Shown in pieces: positions 28,267 through 38,848 of a DNA stretch of 64,000 bases (positions within the stretch are counted from its first letter, which is position 1; each line of letters starts with the position of its first letter). The DNA is from a virus, in IMG/VR virus record IMGVR_UViG_3300035670_000154, positions 1 through 64,000 of that record. One strand, given 5' to 3'. The notes beneath the pieces are model-generated. The model was not told where the DNA came from. It searched no databases and worked only from the letters and a program-made list of their open reading frames with translations. The translations under genes were made by a program, and so were the position numbers.

Positions 28267-28616
28267 ATTTTAAAAACAATAATTTTCGTTATACTCCTGT
28301 TTTTAAACAAGAGGTTGATAATAGAATAGAGATAAAAGAGATACCAATAAAAATACAAAAATTTTTTGATATTTTTAGATGTATTGAAGCTGGTTTTTTA
28401 ACAATAGATACTCTTTTAAGCAAAAATATAAATAAAAAAGAGCTGCTGAAATATATAAAAATGGCTTGCTTTTATCTCGACTTTAATAAAGATATTCAAA
28501 ATCAAGTTGATGTTTTGGCTGCGGCAGATTCTTTGGATATAAACACTGAATCGTATATTAAATTTGATATAAACTCTGTCTATAAACAAGTAAAAAGAAA
28601 GCAAAAACAAAAATAA
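28248..28616 (+). CDS. -1 frameshift extension of tail assembly chaperone (gpGT-like)
   Basis: -1 frame open for 122 codons from slippery site to TAA 28614-28616, abutting tape measure ATG. Confidence 0.8.
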   Translation, partial: DGHDKLDFKNNNFRYTPVFKQEVDNRIEIKEIPIKIQKFFDIFRCIEAGFLTIDTLLSKNINKKELLKYIKMACFYLDFNKDIQNQVDVLAAADSLDINTESYIKFDINSVYKQVKRKQKQK

Positions 28617-30986
28617 ATGACAGATATTGTAGCATCTAGTCTAGTTAATAATCTAACCTTTAATGTAAAAGGCGAAGAGCAATTAAAGACTATTGAAGAA
28701 AGATTATTAGCAATAAAAAAAGCCGCTGATGGGATTGGTTCTATCAGCGGTATTGCTGCTGCTGCAAAATCTGGAAAATCATCTGTATATTCTGATGCCG
28801 CAAAAGGTCAGTTGCTTTATAATAAGGCGATGACTGAGGTGTCTAAGCAACATGTAAATGCTGCAAAAGCTATTGATATAAAATCAAAGGCAGAGTTAAA
28901 TTATGCCAAATCTTTGTCTGCTCAAACAAAATTGGTTGATAAGTACATGGGGATGTTTTATACCCAACGTGCTGGCGTTGTTCCTACATCTGGCATAGCA
29001 AAAAAGTATTTTGAAAAACTTGGTGTAGAGGCACCAAGTTACGCATATACAAAATCTTATTTTGCAACACAAAACGAGATCGCTAGGACAAGGTCTGCAA
29101 AACAAGATGAAATATCAGCAATAAAAGAAAGCGCTAGAGCGGCAAAAGAAAATGCCAAAGAGCGAGATAGGCATACAAAAATGCTATTGCGCCAACAAAA
29201 AGAATTAAGATCACAAGCATCTCAGCAATTAAGAGGTGCAGTTCCTTTTGGTATGGGCACTCAAGGTGTTTTAGGTGGTATACCAACTCCTCTTGTAGGT
29301 ATGCTTGGTGTTGGTGCTATTGCTCAAAAATATGACACAATCATTGGCGCTCAAGCCAGGATTCAAGCTGTTAGCACATTTAATGATCTTGGAAAAGAAG
29401 GTGCTTTAAATAATGTTTTTACACAAGCTGAGGAGCTAAGGATTGATGCTTCTGATTATGCGACACTATTATCAAGAATAGGATTGGTCACGGAAGATGT
29501 TGCAAAAGAAACTGGATATGGATCAAAAGGTCTTTTAGATTTTACAACAACTATATTCAAAGGTATGCGGTACAGTGGAGCAGGAACACAGCAAGCTGCT
29601 TCAATAATGACGCAATTACCCCAAGCGTTAGTTGGCGATGCTGGCGGTGAAGAGCTTAGGGCGCTTGTTGAAGGTATGGGTGCATTTGCTAACGACCTAG
29701 CTAAGGCAGTTAAAAACCCAGATACAGGAAAGTTTTTTAAAAATGCACAAGAGATGAAGAAGTGGACTGGTGTTCAAGGGAATGATTTAACGCCAAAAAT
29801 GCTTATGGACGCAGCACTTTCTTTAAAGCCGCTTTATGATGAAAGGTTTTTAAAGCTACCAAAGCTTTTCTCTGACATTTGGAACAATGCTGGAACTCAA
29901 GTTTCAAAAATAATTATTGGATTAGAGCGAGATACTGGTTTTTTCTCAAAAACGATTGAGGGTCTTTTATCTGGATTGAAATTTGTTGATAAAATAATAC
30001 GTGTTATTACAGACGCTACTGGCGGATGGGGAAATGCTATGCAGATATTTTTCTCATTGTACGGTGCGAAAAAGATTTATGACATGGCTGGTGCAGCAAA
30101 AAAATACTGGGATGCGATGCGGCTTGGCGTGATGGCTTACAATACGGCATCTGGTGCAACTGGTTTGGTTGGAGCTGCTGGCTCTATTGGTGCTGCTGGT
30201 AGGGCTGGTAGAGCTGGTTCGGCTGGAAAATATGCTGTGCAAAGCGGCTATCAAATGGGCAGTGTTGCAGCAACAGCTGCAACAACGGCTGGAGCTTTTC
30301 GCAGTGCAGCGGCTGGGACTATAGCATCAATAGGTAAGTTTACTGGCACAATGGCTTTATTAACTTTTGCTGTTGATGAGGGAATAAATATATTAAGCGG
30401 GCAAAGGTCTTTTTTGATGGAGATGTGGGCTAAAATTACTGGAGATAAATCATACGGCTCTTTTCATGATACAGAAGATGCAATAAAAAGAAGACAAGCC
30501 AATGCGGCTTTACTTGATCGTATAAGTGCGGCAAACACTGAGGCTGGGTATGAAAAGTTTACAGCAAAAAAACAGGAAGATTATAGTTTTTGGAAAGACA
30601 CATCTCTTGCTGAAAAATTTACATTGGCTACAAGTCTACTTACTAACCCTGAATCTTTTTTTAGCACTCGTAAAGAAATTCAAGATCGATACTCGGCTGC
30701 ACCTCGCCTTGAGCAAACAGAGGCAAACAGAATGTTTAAGCACTATAGAGACCCTGTTTCTGGTGTTGCTCTACAAACAGATGAGAGAATACCAGAGGCA
30801 GTAAATAGCGCAAATAAAAACTCTGTTGTCTATAACAACCCAGCAATTATTGGGAATGCTATTGGTAGCGCAGTAAAACTGCCACAACTTAACGTTCAAA
30901 TTATGCTGCCAAACGGTCTTACTTTACAACCATTAAGTGTTTCTATAAACAAGGGAAGCGCATCAATACCAACTAGCGCATTTTAA
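28617..30986 (+). CDS. tape measure protein
   Basis: SGAGTQQAASIMTQLPQAL..GEELRALVE tape-measure motif; Ala/Gly-rich. Confidence 0.92.
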   Translation: MTDIVASSLVNNLTFNVKGEEQLKTIEERLLAIKKAADGIGSISGIAAAAKSGKSSVYSDAAKGQLLYNKAMTEVSKQHVNAAKAIDIKSKAELNYAKSLSAQTKLVDKYMGMFYTQRAGVVPTSGIAKKYFEKLGVEAPSYAYTKSYFATQNEIARTRSAKQDEISAIKESARAAKENAKERDRHTKMLLRQQKELRSQASQQLRGAVPFGMGTQGVLGGIPTPLVGMLGVGAIAQKYDTIIGAQARIQAVSTFNDLGKEGALNNVFTQAEELRIDASDYATLLSRIGLVTEDVAKETGYGSKGLLDFTTTIFKGMRYSGAGTQQAASIMTQLPQALVGDAGGEELRALVEGMGAFANDLAKAVKNPDTGKFFKNAQEMKKWTGVQGNDLTPKMLMDAALSLKPLYDERFLKLPKLFSDIWNNAGTQVSKIIIGLERDTGFFSKTIEGLLSGLKFVDKIIRVITDATGGWGNAMQIFFSLYGAKKIYDMAGAAKKYWDAMRLGVMAYNTASGATGLVGAAGSIGAAGRAGRAGSAGKYAVQSGYQMGSVAATAATTAGAFRSAAAGTIASIGKFTGTMALLTFAVDEGINILSGQRSFLMEMWAKITGDKSYGSFHDTEDAIKRRQANAALLDRISAANTEAGYEKFTAKKQEDYSFWKDTSLAEKFTLATSLLTNPESFFSTRKEIQDRYSAAPRLEQTEANRMFKHYRDPVSGVALQTDERIPEAVNSANKNSVVYNNPAIIGNAIGSAVKLPQLNVQIMLPNGLTLQPLSVSINKGSASIPTSAF

Positions 30987-30988
30987 TC

Positions 30989-31633
30989 ATGGAAACTTTT
31001 GTAATTAAGTTTGAAGCAACAGACGGTGAGTTTGGCGTGTTTGAGCTAGAGGCTCAAATGCAAGAAACAATGTCTTTGGAAAATGAAGTGGCTACACATC
31101 GAATAGAAAATGGGCGTAGCTCTTCTGATCATATACATAATGTTTCAAAAACACTGACAATAGTTGCTGACATAACAGATACCCCTCTTAATGATGATCT
31201 TTATAGAATAAAAAGAGAGGCTGGCAGAAGAGAGGCTTATACAAATTTAGCCGTTAGCTTTTATGAAAAAAGAGCGCTTATGATTGTCTATACAAAAAAT
31301 TATGTATGGGTAAACATGGCTATTGTAAGTATGGAAAAAAACACGACACCTGATAGAGGTGAGCGTGATATTTATACAATCACATTTAAACAGCTAGATA
31401 TAACAGACACAAAAACGGTTTCTCTTCCAAAACCAGTAGCTAGAAAAAAAACAAACAGATCAAAAAACGTAACAAACAAATGTGGAACTCAAACAGACTC
31501 TGGTCAAAAACAAACAAATTCAACACAAAGCACTCAAAGCGCTATTGATGCTTTAGTATTGCCACCAGGACTGAGACGTGGGTTTGGGTTGCCAGTTTTG
31601 CCAACTAACTCTGCATCAATTGTAACGCCATAA
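30989..31633 (+). CDS. baseplate organiser / tube initiator
   Basis: HRIENG..SDH, NMAIVS, ITFKQL motifs; synteny. Confidence 0.7.
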   Translation: METFVIKFEATDGEFGVFELEAQMQETMSLENEVATHRIENGRSSSDHIHNVSKTLTIVADITDTPLNDDLYRIKREAGRREAYTNLAVSFYEKRALMIVYTKNYVWVNMAIVSMEKNTTPDRGERDIYTITFKQLDITDTKTVSLPKPVARKKTNRSKNVTNKCGTQTDSGQKQTNSTQSTQSAIDALVLPPGLRRGFGLPVLPTNSASIVTP

Positions 31634-31638
31634 TAAAA

Positions 31639-32061
31639 ATGGAAAAAATACCACTGCTATCAGGTGAAACAAAACAAAGAGTATCTGTTGATATTGATGA
31701 AGTACCTTATGTTTTTGAGGTACAGTGGAACGATCATGCGCAAAAATTTTACATGTCTATTTTAACAACCGATCTTGTTGAAATTATTTCTGGTGTGTGT
31801 TTGGTTCCAAATACGCCATTAATAGGTAGACATAAAAAAGAAGAATTGCCAAAAGGTGAATTGTTTTTATTCCGCGTAAATTCAAAAAATGAATATCCGA
31901 CGTTTGATGAGCTTGATGTTGGTTTTTGGTTAGTATACATACCTAAAACAACCACTTTAAAAGCACCAGTTTTGCCAATTGTAACATCTAGGTATACCGA
32001 AACAGTCTGGGATGAAGGTATAACAACCTGGGATAATGGTGATACAAAATGGGATTTATAG
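31639..32061 (+). CDS. baseplate plug-family protein
   Basis: QWND...FYMSI...GVCLVPN pattern; synteny. Confidence 0.65.
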   Translation: MEKIPLLSGETKQRVSVDIDEVPYVFEVQWNDHAQKFYMSILTTDLVEIISGVCLVPNTPLIGRHKKEELPKGELFLFRVNSKNEYPTFDELDVGFWLVYIPKTTTLKAPVLPIVTSRYTETVWDEGITTWDNGDTKWDL

Positions 32062-33021
32062 ATGAGTGAAAATTTTGGCAGGATCGTAAAGCTAACTATT
32101 TTTGACAAAGACCCAATAGAAAAGGGTGCTGATTTAAAAGGCGTTGAAATTGAGTTTTTAAAAATAGATTTTGAGGTTAAAAAAACATCATCAAAAGACC
32201 CAAATTATTGTAGAATTGATATAACAAATTGCAGTCAAAATACAATAGCATATCTTGAAAAAATAGGAAACATAGCTATATTAGAGGTTGGATACGCAGG
32301 ATTAGATGGAACGGGGAAACCAACTGTTTTGTTTACAGGCAATATTGTTAGGTTTGATCCACCAGGAGACGTTGCTGTTGATGAAGTTGTTTCGATAGAG
32401 GTTAGGGATGGATATTTAGAATATAGGGATACAAGAATATCCGTTTATAAGGATGTTGGCGCAAGCGCATTATCTGTATTAAAAGAAATTGTATCTTATT
32501 TTAAACTTCCTATTGAAAAACTACCTGCAATTGAAGATAAGGTTTATATAAACGGATATTCTTATACTGGAAAACTTAGAGAGGCTATGGATAGGGTTTG
32601 CAGATACCTTGGATTAAGCTGGTCTATTCAAAACAGACGTATTCGTATTTTTAAAAAGGGTGAAACATATACTAAGCAATTTTATCATTTAACTTATGAT
32701 AGTGGTCTTGAATTTTGTGGCAGAAAGTCAGTCACTGAAGATGATAGAAAAAAAGCAACAAAAAGAAAAACAAAATCAACAAAGCTAACAAAAAAAGATA
32801 AAACTGACTTTGTTTTACCTAGCGACAATGAAAAACTGAAAGTACAAGGAGTTGTTGTAAAAACGAGACTCAACCCTTTACTTTTACCAGGAGATACTGT
32901 TAAAATTACAAGCAAAATAATTGATGGTGATTTTTACTCTATTGATGATATAGAATATAGAGGATCAAACGTTGATAATGAGTTTTATTGCAGATTTACT
33001 GCGAAAATAATAAAAAAATGA
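32062..33021 (+). CDS. baseplate hub protein
   Basis: LKIDFEVKK, LEVGY, LFTG, WSIQN, LNPLLLPG. Confidence 0.75.
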   Translation: MSENFGRIVKLTIFDKDPIEKGADLKGVEIEFLKIDFEVKKTSSKDPNYCRIDITNCSQNTIAYLEKIGNIAILEVGYAGLDGTGKPTVLFTGNIVRFDPPGDVAVDEVVSIEVRDGYLEYRDTRISVYKDVGASALSVLKEIVSYFKLPIEKLPAIEDKVYINGYSYTGKLREAMDRVCRYLGLSWSIQNRRIRIFKKGETYTKQFYHLTYDSGLEFCGRKSVTEDDRKKATKRKTKSTKLTKKDKTDFVLPSDNEKLKVQGVVVKTRLNPLLLPGDTVKITSKIIDGDFYSIDDIEYRGSNVDNEFYCRFTAKIIKK

Positions 33022-33755
33022 ATGATTTTAAATTTTTGGAACAACAGATAGGCAGTAGGACAAGTGAAAATGATATACATAAAATTCTCAAAGAGCATCT
33101 CAATACCAGTTTCCCTGCTACTGTTGTTAGTTATAGCGATGGTCGTGTAAAGGTTAAGCCTGATATATCAAAAAATTATCAAGATGATGAAAATCTTGAA
33201 TATGCTATATTAAATGCAAAGGTAATATACCCTAGATTTGACAATGGTAGCGCTGGGGTAAAAGGCAGGATAACAAAAGGAACGAAAGGCTATGTGCATA
33301 TAGCACAAGCAGCCACTGATAACAGTGGTGATCAACGAAGCTATGATTTGTCAGATGCCTTTTTTTATCCTTGCGATCCAACATTATCTGATCCAGTTGG
33401 GGTTGGAAATGATGAAATGGCTATGTTTTGGGGTGCAGCAAAGATAAGTATAAGTGAGGATGGGTTTATTACAATAGTAGCACCAACAGGTTTTAAGGTT
33501 ATTACACCAAAAGGCGAATTTACAGCAAAACTAGAGACTGGCGATAATCTTAACGTTAAGTCTGGTGGGATTGATAATGTAGACGGAATTAGAAATACTG
33601 GAGGTATTGATAACCTGGGTGGTCTTAGAAACGCAGGAGGATTTTCAAGTACAGGGTCATCAAAATCAAACGGAGAAAGAATTACAACTGAGTCGCATAC
33701 ACACAACTACACAGATGATGGTGCGCAAAAAGTTACTGAAAAGGCTAATGTGTAA
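32988..33755 (+). CDS. baseplate spike (Gp138/gpV-like)
   Basis: PATVVSY..RVKVKP, RSYDLSDA, 6-residue beta-helix repeats, C-terminal HTH metal-binding motif (SHTH). Confidence 0.82.
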   Translation: MQIYCENNKKMNDFKFLEQQIGSRTSENDIHKILKEHLNTSFPATVVSYSDGRVKVKPDISKNYQDDENLEYAILNAKVIYPRFDNGSAGVKGRITKGTKGYVHIAQAATDNSGDQRSYDLSDAFFYPCDPTLSDPVGVGNDEMAMFWGAAKISISEDGFITIVAPTGFKVITPKGEFTAKLETGDNLNVKSGGIDNVDGIRNTGGIDNLGGLRNAGGFSSTGSSKSNGERITTESHTHNYTDDGAQKVTEKANV

Positions 33756-34117
33756 TGACTGCTGATTTTAAATTGACAGAAAATGGTGATTTAGATTTAA
33801 CAAATGGCAGAATGTCTTTATCAAAAGACACCGATGCGGTTGCACAAAGGGTAATAAATAAGATTTATTTGGCTACTGGCGATTGGGATTTTGATTTGGT
33901 TTTTGGCACAAACTGGGACTTGGTGTTTGGCGCAAAAGGCAATACAAACATAAAAAACGCAGATAACATTATTAAGTTGGCAATAAGAGAGACAGAAGGT
34001 GTTGCTGAAATTTTAACATACAAATCCACTTTAAACAACAAAACAGGTGAGTTCTTAATAGAGTGTTCTATTAAAGATGTTTATGGAAAAACAATAAATC
34101 TAATAACAAAAAAATGA
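33755..34117 (+). CDS. baseplate wedge / sheath initiator (gp25-like)
   Basis: DAVAQR...GDWDFD..FG..W...ETEGV. Confidence 0.75.
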   Translation: MTADFKLTENGDLDLTNGRMSLSKDTDAVAQRVINKIYLATGDWDFDLVFGTNWDLVFGAKGNTNIKNADNIIKLAIRETEGVAEILTYKSTLNNKTGEFLIECSIKDVYGKTINLITKK

Positions 34118-35547
34118 CGCTTATAAAAGCAGATAAAAATGGTGTTTCAGTACAGATTTTATCAGAGCACTTAACAGAGCTTTTTGATACATTTTCTGAA
34201 AAATCTGGCATACCTATTGATAGAAAAGCAGATGACTTAACTGGTCAGGCTTTTACCATTTTATCAGAAATGGCGACAGATATTGCAAGTAAGGTTCAAT
34301 ATGTATCAAGTCAGTTTTCAATTGATAGCTCTGAAGATGTTTTTCTTGACTATGCAGTTAGGTATGGTTTAATTGAAAGGCAGGAGGCAACACCAACAAC
34401 GGTTTATGGTATATGTTACGATAACGAAGGTGTTGTTGTAGGCTCAGGCTTTGAGGCTAGAGATTTGTCTGGAAATAGTTTTTTGTCTATACAGGATACT
34501 ACAATAACAAAAAACTATTGTGCTGATATAACGTTTTCATTTTCTGTTCAAGATAATACAACATATTCTATTGTATTGTCTGGCTCTGCAATATCAACAA
34601 CAACAGGTGTATCAGCTACTGTTGATCAAATAATTGATGCTTTAATTCCGCAAATAGATTCTGAAAAATACATAGTAGAAAAAAAAGAAGCAACATTAAG
34701 AGTTTTTTCAAAAAATGGATATTCCCCATTTTCGGTAAGCACAAGCACCAATATTTCAATAGATGAAATTGGCACGCCAGTATATTTTGTTTGTTCTGTT
34801 GATGGTTCTATAGCCTGCCCAGCTAATACTCTCACCATAATGGACTCGGAAGGTGTTAATAGAATAAACAACCTTGCAGATGGATTTGTTGGTAACGACA
34901 TTGAAAAAGATGAAGAGCTTAGGGATCGTTTTTACAGGTCTGGTGGAGAGCAAGGCTACGCAACACTAACGGCAATAAAATCAAGACTTGAAAACAACGT
35001 TGATGGCGTTTCAAATGTAACTGTATATCACAACCCATATTCAATAATCGACGCATTTGGTATGCCAAGGCATTCTGTTGAAGCTATTGTTGATGGCGGT
35101 GAAGATCAAGCTATTGCAAATGAGATTTTATTAAACTCGGTTGCGGCTGGCATCGAGACCTATGGAAATGTTGTTGTTGGCGTTAATGATGGCAATGGAA
35201 GCATTCAAGAATGTCGTTTTTCTAGGATCACATTCAAATATATCTGGGTTAAGGTTGATATTCTAGCACTAAATGGCGAAGAATCTTTGGTTTTAGATGC
35301 AATACCAGCAATAAAGAACGCAATCTTGTCTTATGGTAATAAAATGGGCGTTGGTGAAAATGTTATTCCACAAAGATTTTATGGCTCTATTTATGGAGCA
35401 ACAGCGGGGATAAGAGAGCTTGATGTTTCTGTTGCTGAAACAAATCTTCCTACAGACACCCCATCTTATGCTGATTATGATATACCAATATCAAGAAATC
35501 AAAAAGCATCTTTTGATTTAGTAAGAATTATTGTAAACGGAATATAG
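34114..35547 (+). CDS. baseplate J/gp47-family wedge protein
   Basis: IEKDEELRDR, GVSNV.VY.N, PRHSVEAIVDGG, AAGIETYG. Confidence 0.88.
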   Translation: MTLIKADKNGVSVQILSEHLTELFDTFSEKSGIPIDRKADDLTGQAFTILSEMATDIASKVQYVSSQFSIDSSEDVFLDYAVRYGLIERQEATPTTVYGICYDNEGVVVGSGFEARDLSGNSFLSIQDTTITKNYCADITFSFSVQDNTTYSIVLSGSAISTTTGVSATVDQIIDALIPQIDSEKYIVEKKEATLRVFSKNGYSPFSVSTSTNISIDEIGTPVYFVCSVDGSIACPANTLTIMDSEGVNRINNLADGFVGNDIEKDEELRDRFYRSGGEQGYATLTAIKSRLENNVDGVSNVTVYHNPYSIIDAFGMPRHSVEAIVDGGEDQAIANEILLNSVAAGIETYGNVVVGVNDGNGSIQECRFSRITFKYIWVKVDILALNGEESLVLDAIPAIKNAILSYGNKMGVGENVIPQRFYGSIYGATAGIRELDVSVAETNLPTDTPSYADYDIPISRNQKASFDLVRIIVNGI

Positions 35548-36288
35548 ATGGCAGACCTATACGAAAAATACTTATCAAGGCTTGCTGGAAGGTTTGTTGG
35601 AAAACCAAACATAGAGGCTTTTTTAAGAACAGCAATTAAGCCTTATCAAGAACTTAGTGATGCCTGTGATTTTATTTTAACAATGGCTAACTTAGATGAT
35701 GCTGTTGGATATTGGCTTGATATACATGGAAGCAGGGTTGCTGAAAAAAGAGATGGTAGAGATGATGACGAATATAGAGATGCTATAAAATTTAAGATAG
35801 CATTAAAATCGCCAAAGGCAACAATATCCGCAATTTTTAAGGCATTAAATTTTTTTGCACCAAAAATAAGATACGGTGTTTATATACCTCATTACCCAGC
35901 AGGATTTTCGCTACTAACAGACTCACCTTTAATAAGACGAGTTGCTTTAGAAGGAATAAAAAAAATAACAGCGGCTGGCGTTGGTTTAGATGTTTATTAC
36001 ACAAAAGGAATGCCTATTAGTTTTTTAGGCGGTCTTTCTGATCAAACTTTTCTTGGTCAGCAAAACAATAGACTTGTTTATGCAAAACATAACAATAATC
36101 TTGTAAAAATAAAACTACAAACACTTTATTACTCAAAAGGCGGGGCACATCTTGGTGGATTAATTGGTTCTTATTTAGGAACACAATCTGGTAATTTTAT
36201 TAAAACACAAAGTGGAAAAAGAATTATGTTGCGATCAAATATGAAATCTGTTGGTGGTTTTAGATTATCTGGAGTTTATACGGTATGA
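35548..36288 (+). CDS. baseplate wedge protein (DUF2612-like)
   Basis: LDDAVGYWLDIHG.RV...R..DDDEYR, AAGV. Confidence 0.75.
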   Translation: MADLYEKYLSRLAGRFVGKPNIEAFLRTAIKPYQELSDACDFILTMANLDDAVGYWLDIHGSRVAEKRDGRDDDEYRDAIKFKIALKSPKATISAIFKALNFFAPKIRYGVYIPHYPAGFSLLTDSPLIRRVALEGIKKITAAGVGLDVYYTKGMPISFLGGLSDQTFLGQQNNRLVYAKHNNNLVKIKLQTLYYSKGGAHLGGLIGSYLGTQSGNFIKTQSGKRIMLRSNMKSVGGFRLSGVYTV

Positions 36289-36794
36289 CGGTAAAAAAAA
36301 CAAGGCTTGGTGTTTACGCAAAAGAACCTGTAACAAAAAATGTTTTGGATGGAGTTCCTATGCAAAACAGGATGCCATTTTCACAAACATCGGCTTTTTT
36401 TGCTGGTAAAAAACCACCAATAAATACCACTACAGAAAAAACATTAGCCGACACTGTTGCAGCACAAGAATGGAATGAGCTTGCGTATTTAACAACAAAA
36501 CAGATTGACTTGTCTGGTATAAGCGATGGTGAAGGTGATAATTTAATCACATATAAAAATTGCTTTATTAAGATAAGTGCTATTGATCTTGGTGATCAAA
36601 CAAAATTTTTTGAAGCAAGAGGATGGGTTGGTGAATTAAATATTGTACCACAACTAACTGTAATTGCGTCAAATGGGTTGTCGTTAGGAACGATAACAGC
36701 AAATGGAGCAATTCCTATAGTTGGAGGTAGTAGTGTTGCTAATGTAAGAGTGTTATGCGAATTAACACCAATAGATTTTAGAAGTGGGGAATAA
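36285..36794 (+). CDS. putative tail fibre-proximal protein
   Basis: AQEWNEL motif; synteny. Confidence 0.45.
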   Translation: MTVKKTRLGVYAKEPVTKNVLDGVPMQNRMPFSQTSAFFAGKKPPINTTTEKTLADTVAAQEWNELAYLTTKQIDLSGISDGEGDNLITYKNCFIKISAIDLGDQTKFFEARGWVGELNIVPQLTVIASNGLSLGTITANGAIPIVGGSSVANVRVLCELTPIDFRSGE

Positions 36795-36796
36795 GA

Positions 36797-37981
36797 ATGG
36801 CAGATTTTACACCAGTTGAAATAGAGCAGCTACGTTTACTGCTTCAAAAACAAAACGAATTGTTATCTATTGCCGATGATGCTGCAGCTCTTGATGTTGT
36901 TGCTGGTGCTGGACAAGAAACTATAAATAAGCTAACTCCAGAAACCGCAGCAGGATTAAATCAAGAAGACGTAACAGTCATTGATAAGTTTGATTCTTCA
37001 GCAACAAAATCACTTACAATATCAAATCTAGTTTCTTTTGTTAGCGGTCAGATTGGTGGAGGCGGGACTGAGTTTAATAAACAAGGTCATTTTAAATGGG
37101 TAGCTGGTGGTGGAGATGGTGGCACAGGGTATAAACTAAAAGATATAGTTTATCATAACGGCAATACTTATATATCAACTGCTGATAACAACACTACAGA
37201 GCCTGGGGCTGCTCTAGCAAGTTGGGAAGTTTATTATGGCAGTGATACGCACAACCCAACAAGAAGCGATTACAAACAAGGCGCTCGCGTTCAAGATGGT
37301 TTTGGTGGTGGTTGGCACGAAGCTGTTCAGGATGTGCCTGTCAATACTTTAATAACAAACCCGCTTTTCTGGCTGCCATCTAGTAATTTTAAAATTTTCA
37401 ATTCGGACGATGTGCTAACAACTTCTCGCGCTTTAACGGTAAACGATATTAATAAGCATCTTGTTCTTAGTGGAACATCAAATCAAACTTTTTCTTTGCC
37501 CCTGGCAGACTCAGTGCCATCTGGATCAATGATTTTTGTTAAAGGAAGAAAAGGTGTTATAGCAACATTTAATAGGCAAGGTTCTGATACTATCAACATA
37601 GATTCAGGAGCTGGCTTCACTTCATGCTCTTGCCTTGCACCCGAATCAATCATATTAGTATCAAATGGCAATCAAGATTGGCGCTTGACAAAAATAAATC
37701 CATTTTATAACGCAACAGCATTTACAGCACCTGACCGAGCTGCAAATACAAACTACACAAATAGTTCACCATTTCCTATTAGAGTAATAATTAATGTTAG
37801 TATGGGTGGGGCTGGGTCTTCCATAGTTTTAAGTGGGGCTTCGTCACACGCAAAACCATTCATTATATTAAATAGTAACTTTTCAATTGAATCGTGGTTT
37901 TATCCTGGGGAGGTTTATCAACTCAGTACCACTGGAACGGTTACAATAGTTAGCTGGTTTGAATATGCTGTTATTATTTAA
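36797..37981 (+). CDS. tail fibre / receptor-binding protein
   Basis: CBM-like YKLKDIVYHNGNTYIS...EPG...W repeats; TFSLPLA; RAANTNYTNSSPFPI.V fibre-tip motif. Confidence 0.75.
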   Translation: MADFTPVEIEQLRLLLQKQNELLSIADDAAALDVVAGAGQETINKLTPETAAGLNQEDVTVIDKFDSSATKSLTISNLVSFVSGQIGGGGTEFNKQGHFKWVAGGGDGGTGYKLKDIVYHNGNTYISTADNNTTEPGAALASWEVYYGSDTHNPTRSDYKQGARVQDGFGGGWHEAVQDVPVNTLITNPLFWLPSSNFKIFNSDDVLTTSRALTVNDINKHLVLSGTSNQTFSLPLADSVPSGSMIFVKGRKGVIATFNRQGSDTINIDSGAGFTSCSCLAPESIILVSNGNQDWRLTKINPFYNATAFTAPDRAANTNYTNSSPFPIRVIINVSMGGAGSSIVLSGASSHAKPFIILNSNFSIESWFYPGEVYQLSTTGTVTIVSWFEYAVII

Positions 37982-37993
37982 TAAAGGACAAAA

Positions 37994-38833
37994 ATGTTTT
38001 ATTGTATAAATAAAAACACAAAACAAATTTACGCATTCGACACAGAGCTCGAGCGAGATAATAAAGTTAAGTCTGATCCTGATTTTGTTGTTTGCGATGC
38101 GAGACCAAGCTTATTCCACGAATGGTCAGGTAGTGCATGGGTTTATGATGCGAATTTAGAGATGTTAAGCACAAAGAGTGCTTCCGTTGATGTTCTAAAA
38201 CAGCTTGATGCGATTTATCGCAAAAAAAAGGATGGCGCTTTTCCTGTTGATATGACGGCGATTATAAACAGTCTAAATATACCGAATAATACCAATATTT
38301 TATTCCCAACAAGCCAGCCTTCTTTTAACATAACCAACACTCCAAAACCAGCCACTTGTCAAAATCAAAAAATCGTTGGTTATTCAACAAGTAAAATAAA
38401 ATACCCAACCCATGACCGTTGTGTGTTGTGGGTTCAAGATAGTCGAGATATCCAAAGCCTAGTTTCACTTGGGCATGTTTTAGCCGCCGATTGGGTTTCA
38501 AAAAATAGCAACTTGTCCATTTCTGATTATGTTCATTATCAGCAAATCGGCATTGCTGGTGTTCAGTACCGAGAAAATGAGATTAGAACGTTACAGCCCG
38601 ATGGATATCCGATTGTTTTGGATAAACACTCGTTAAAAATGTGGATTCTTATTTTTGAAAAAATAAATGAAAAAAAAGAACAATTGCATGGGCGATATTT
38701 GTTATTAAAGACTCAAATTCAAAACTGCACAACGATGTCTTCGCTTGAGTCTGTTGTTAAAAATATGAGCACTGGCTGGGTGGATGTTTTTAGTGACACA
38801 GAAACCCCCGCTGGCATGACGGTTATTAGATAA
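37994..38833 (+). CDS. putative tail fibre assembly chaperone
   Basis: RPSLFHEWSGSAWVYD motif typical of Tfa-like proteins; follows fibre. Confidence 0.55.
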   Translation: MFYCINKNTKQIYAFDTELERDNKVKSDPDFVVCDARPSLFHEWSGSAWVYDANLEMLSTKSASVDVLKQLDAIYRKKKDGAFPVDMTAIINSLNIPNNTNILFPTSQPSFNITNTPKPATCQNQKIVGYSTSKIKYPTHDRCVLWVQDSRDIQSLVSLGHVLAADWVSKNSNLSISDYVHYQQIGIAGVQYRENEIRTLQPDGYPIVLDKHSLKMWILIFEKINEKKEQLHGRYLLLKTQIQNCTTMSSLESVVKNMSTGWVDVFSDTETPAGMTVIR

Positions 38834-38848
38834 AAAAGAGGTACGACA

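Noticed and set aside
28416-28610. Minus-strand 64-aa ORF
   Set aside because: Shadow of the frameshift extension on the + strand.
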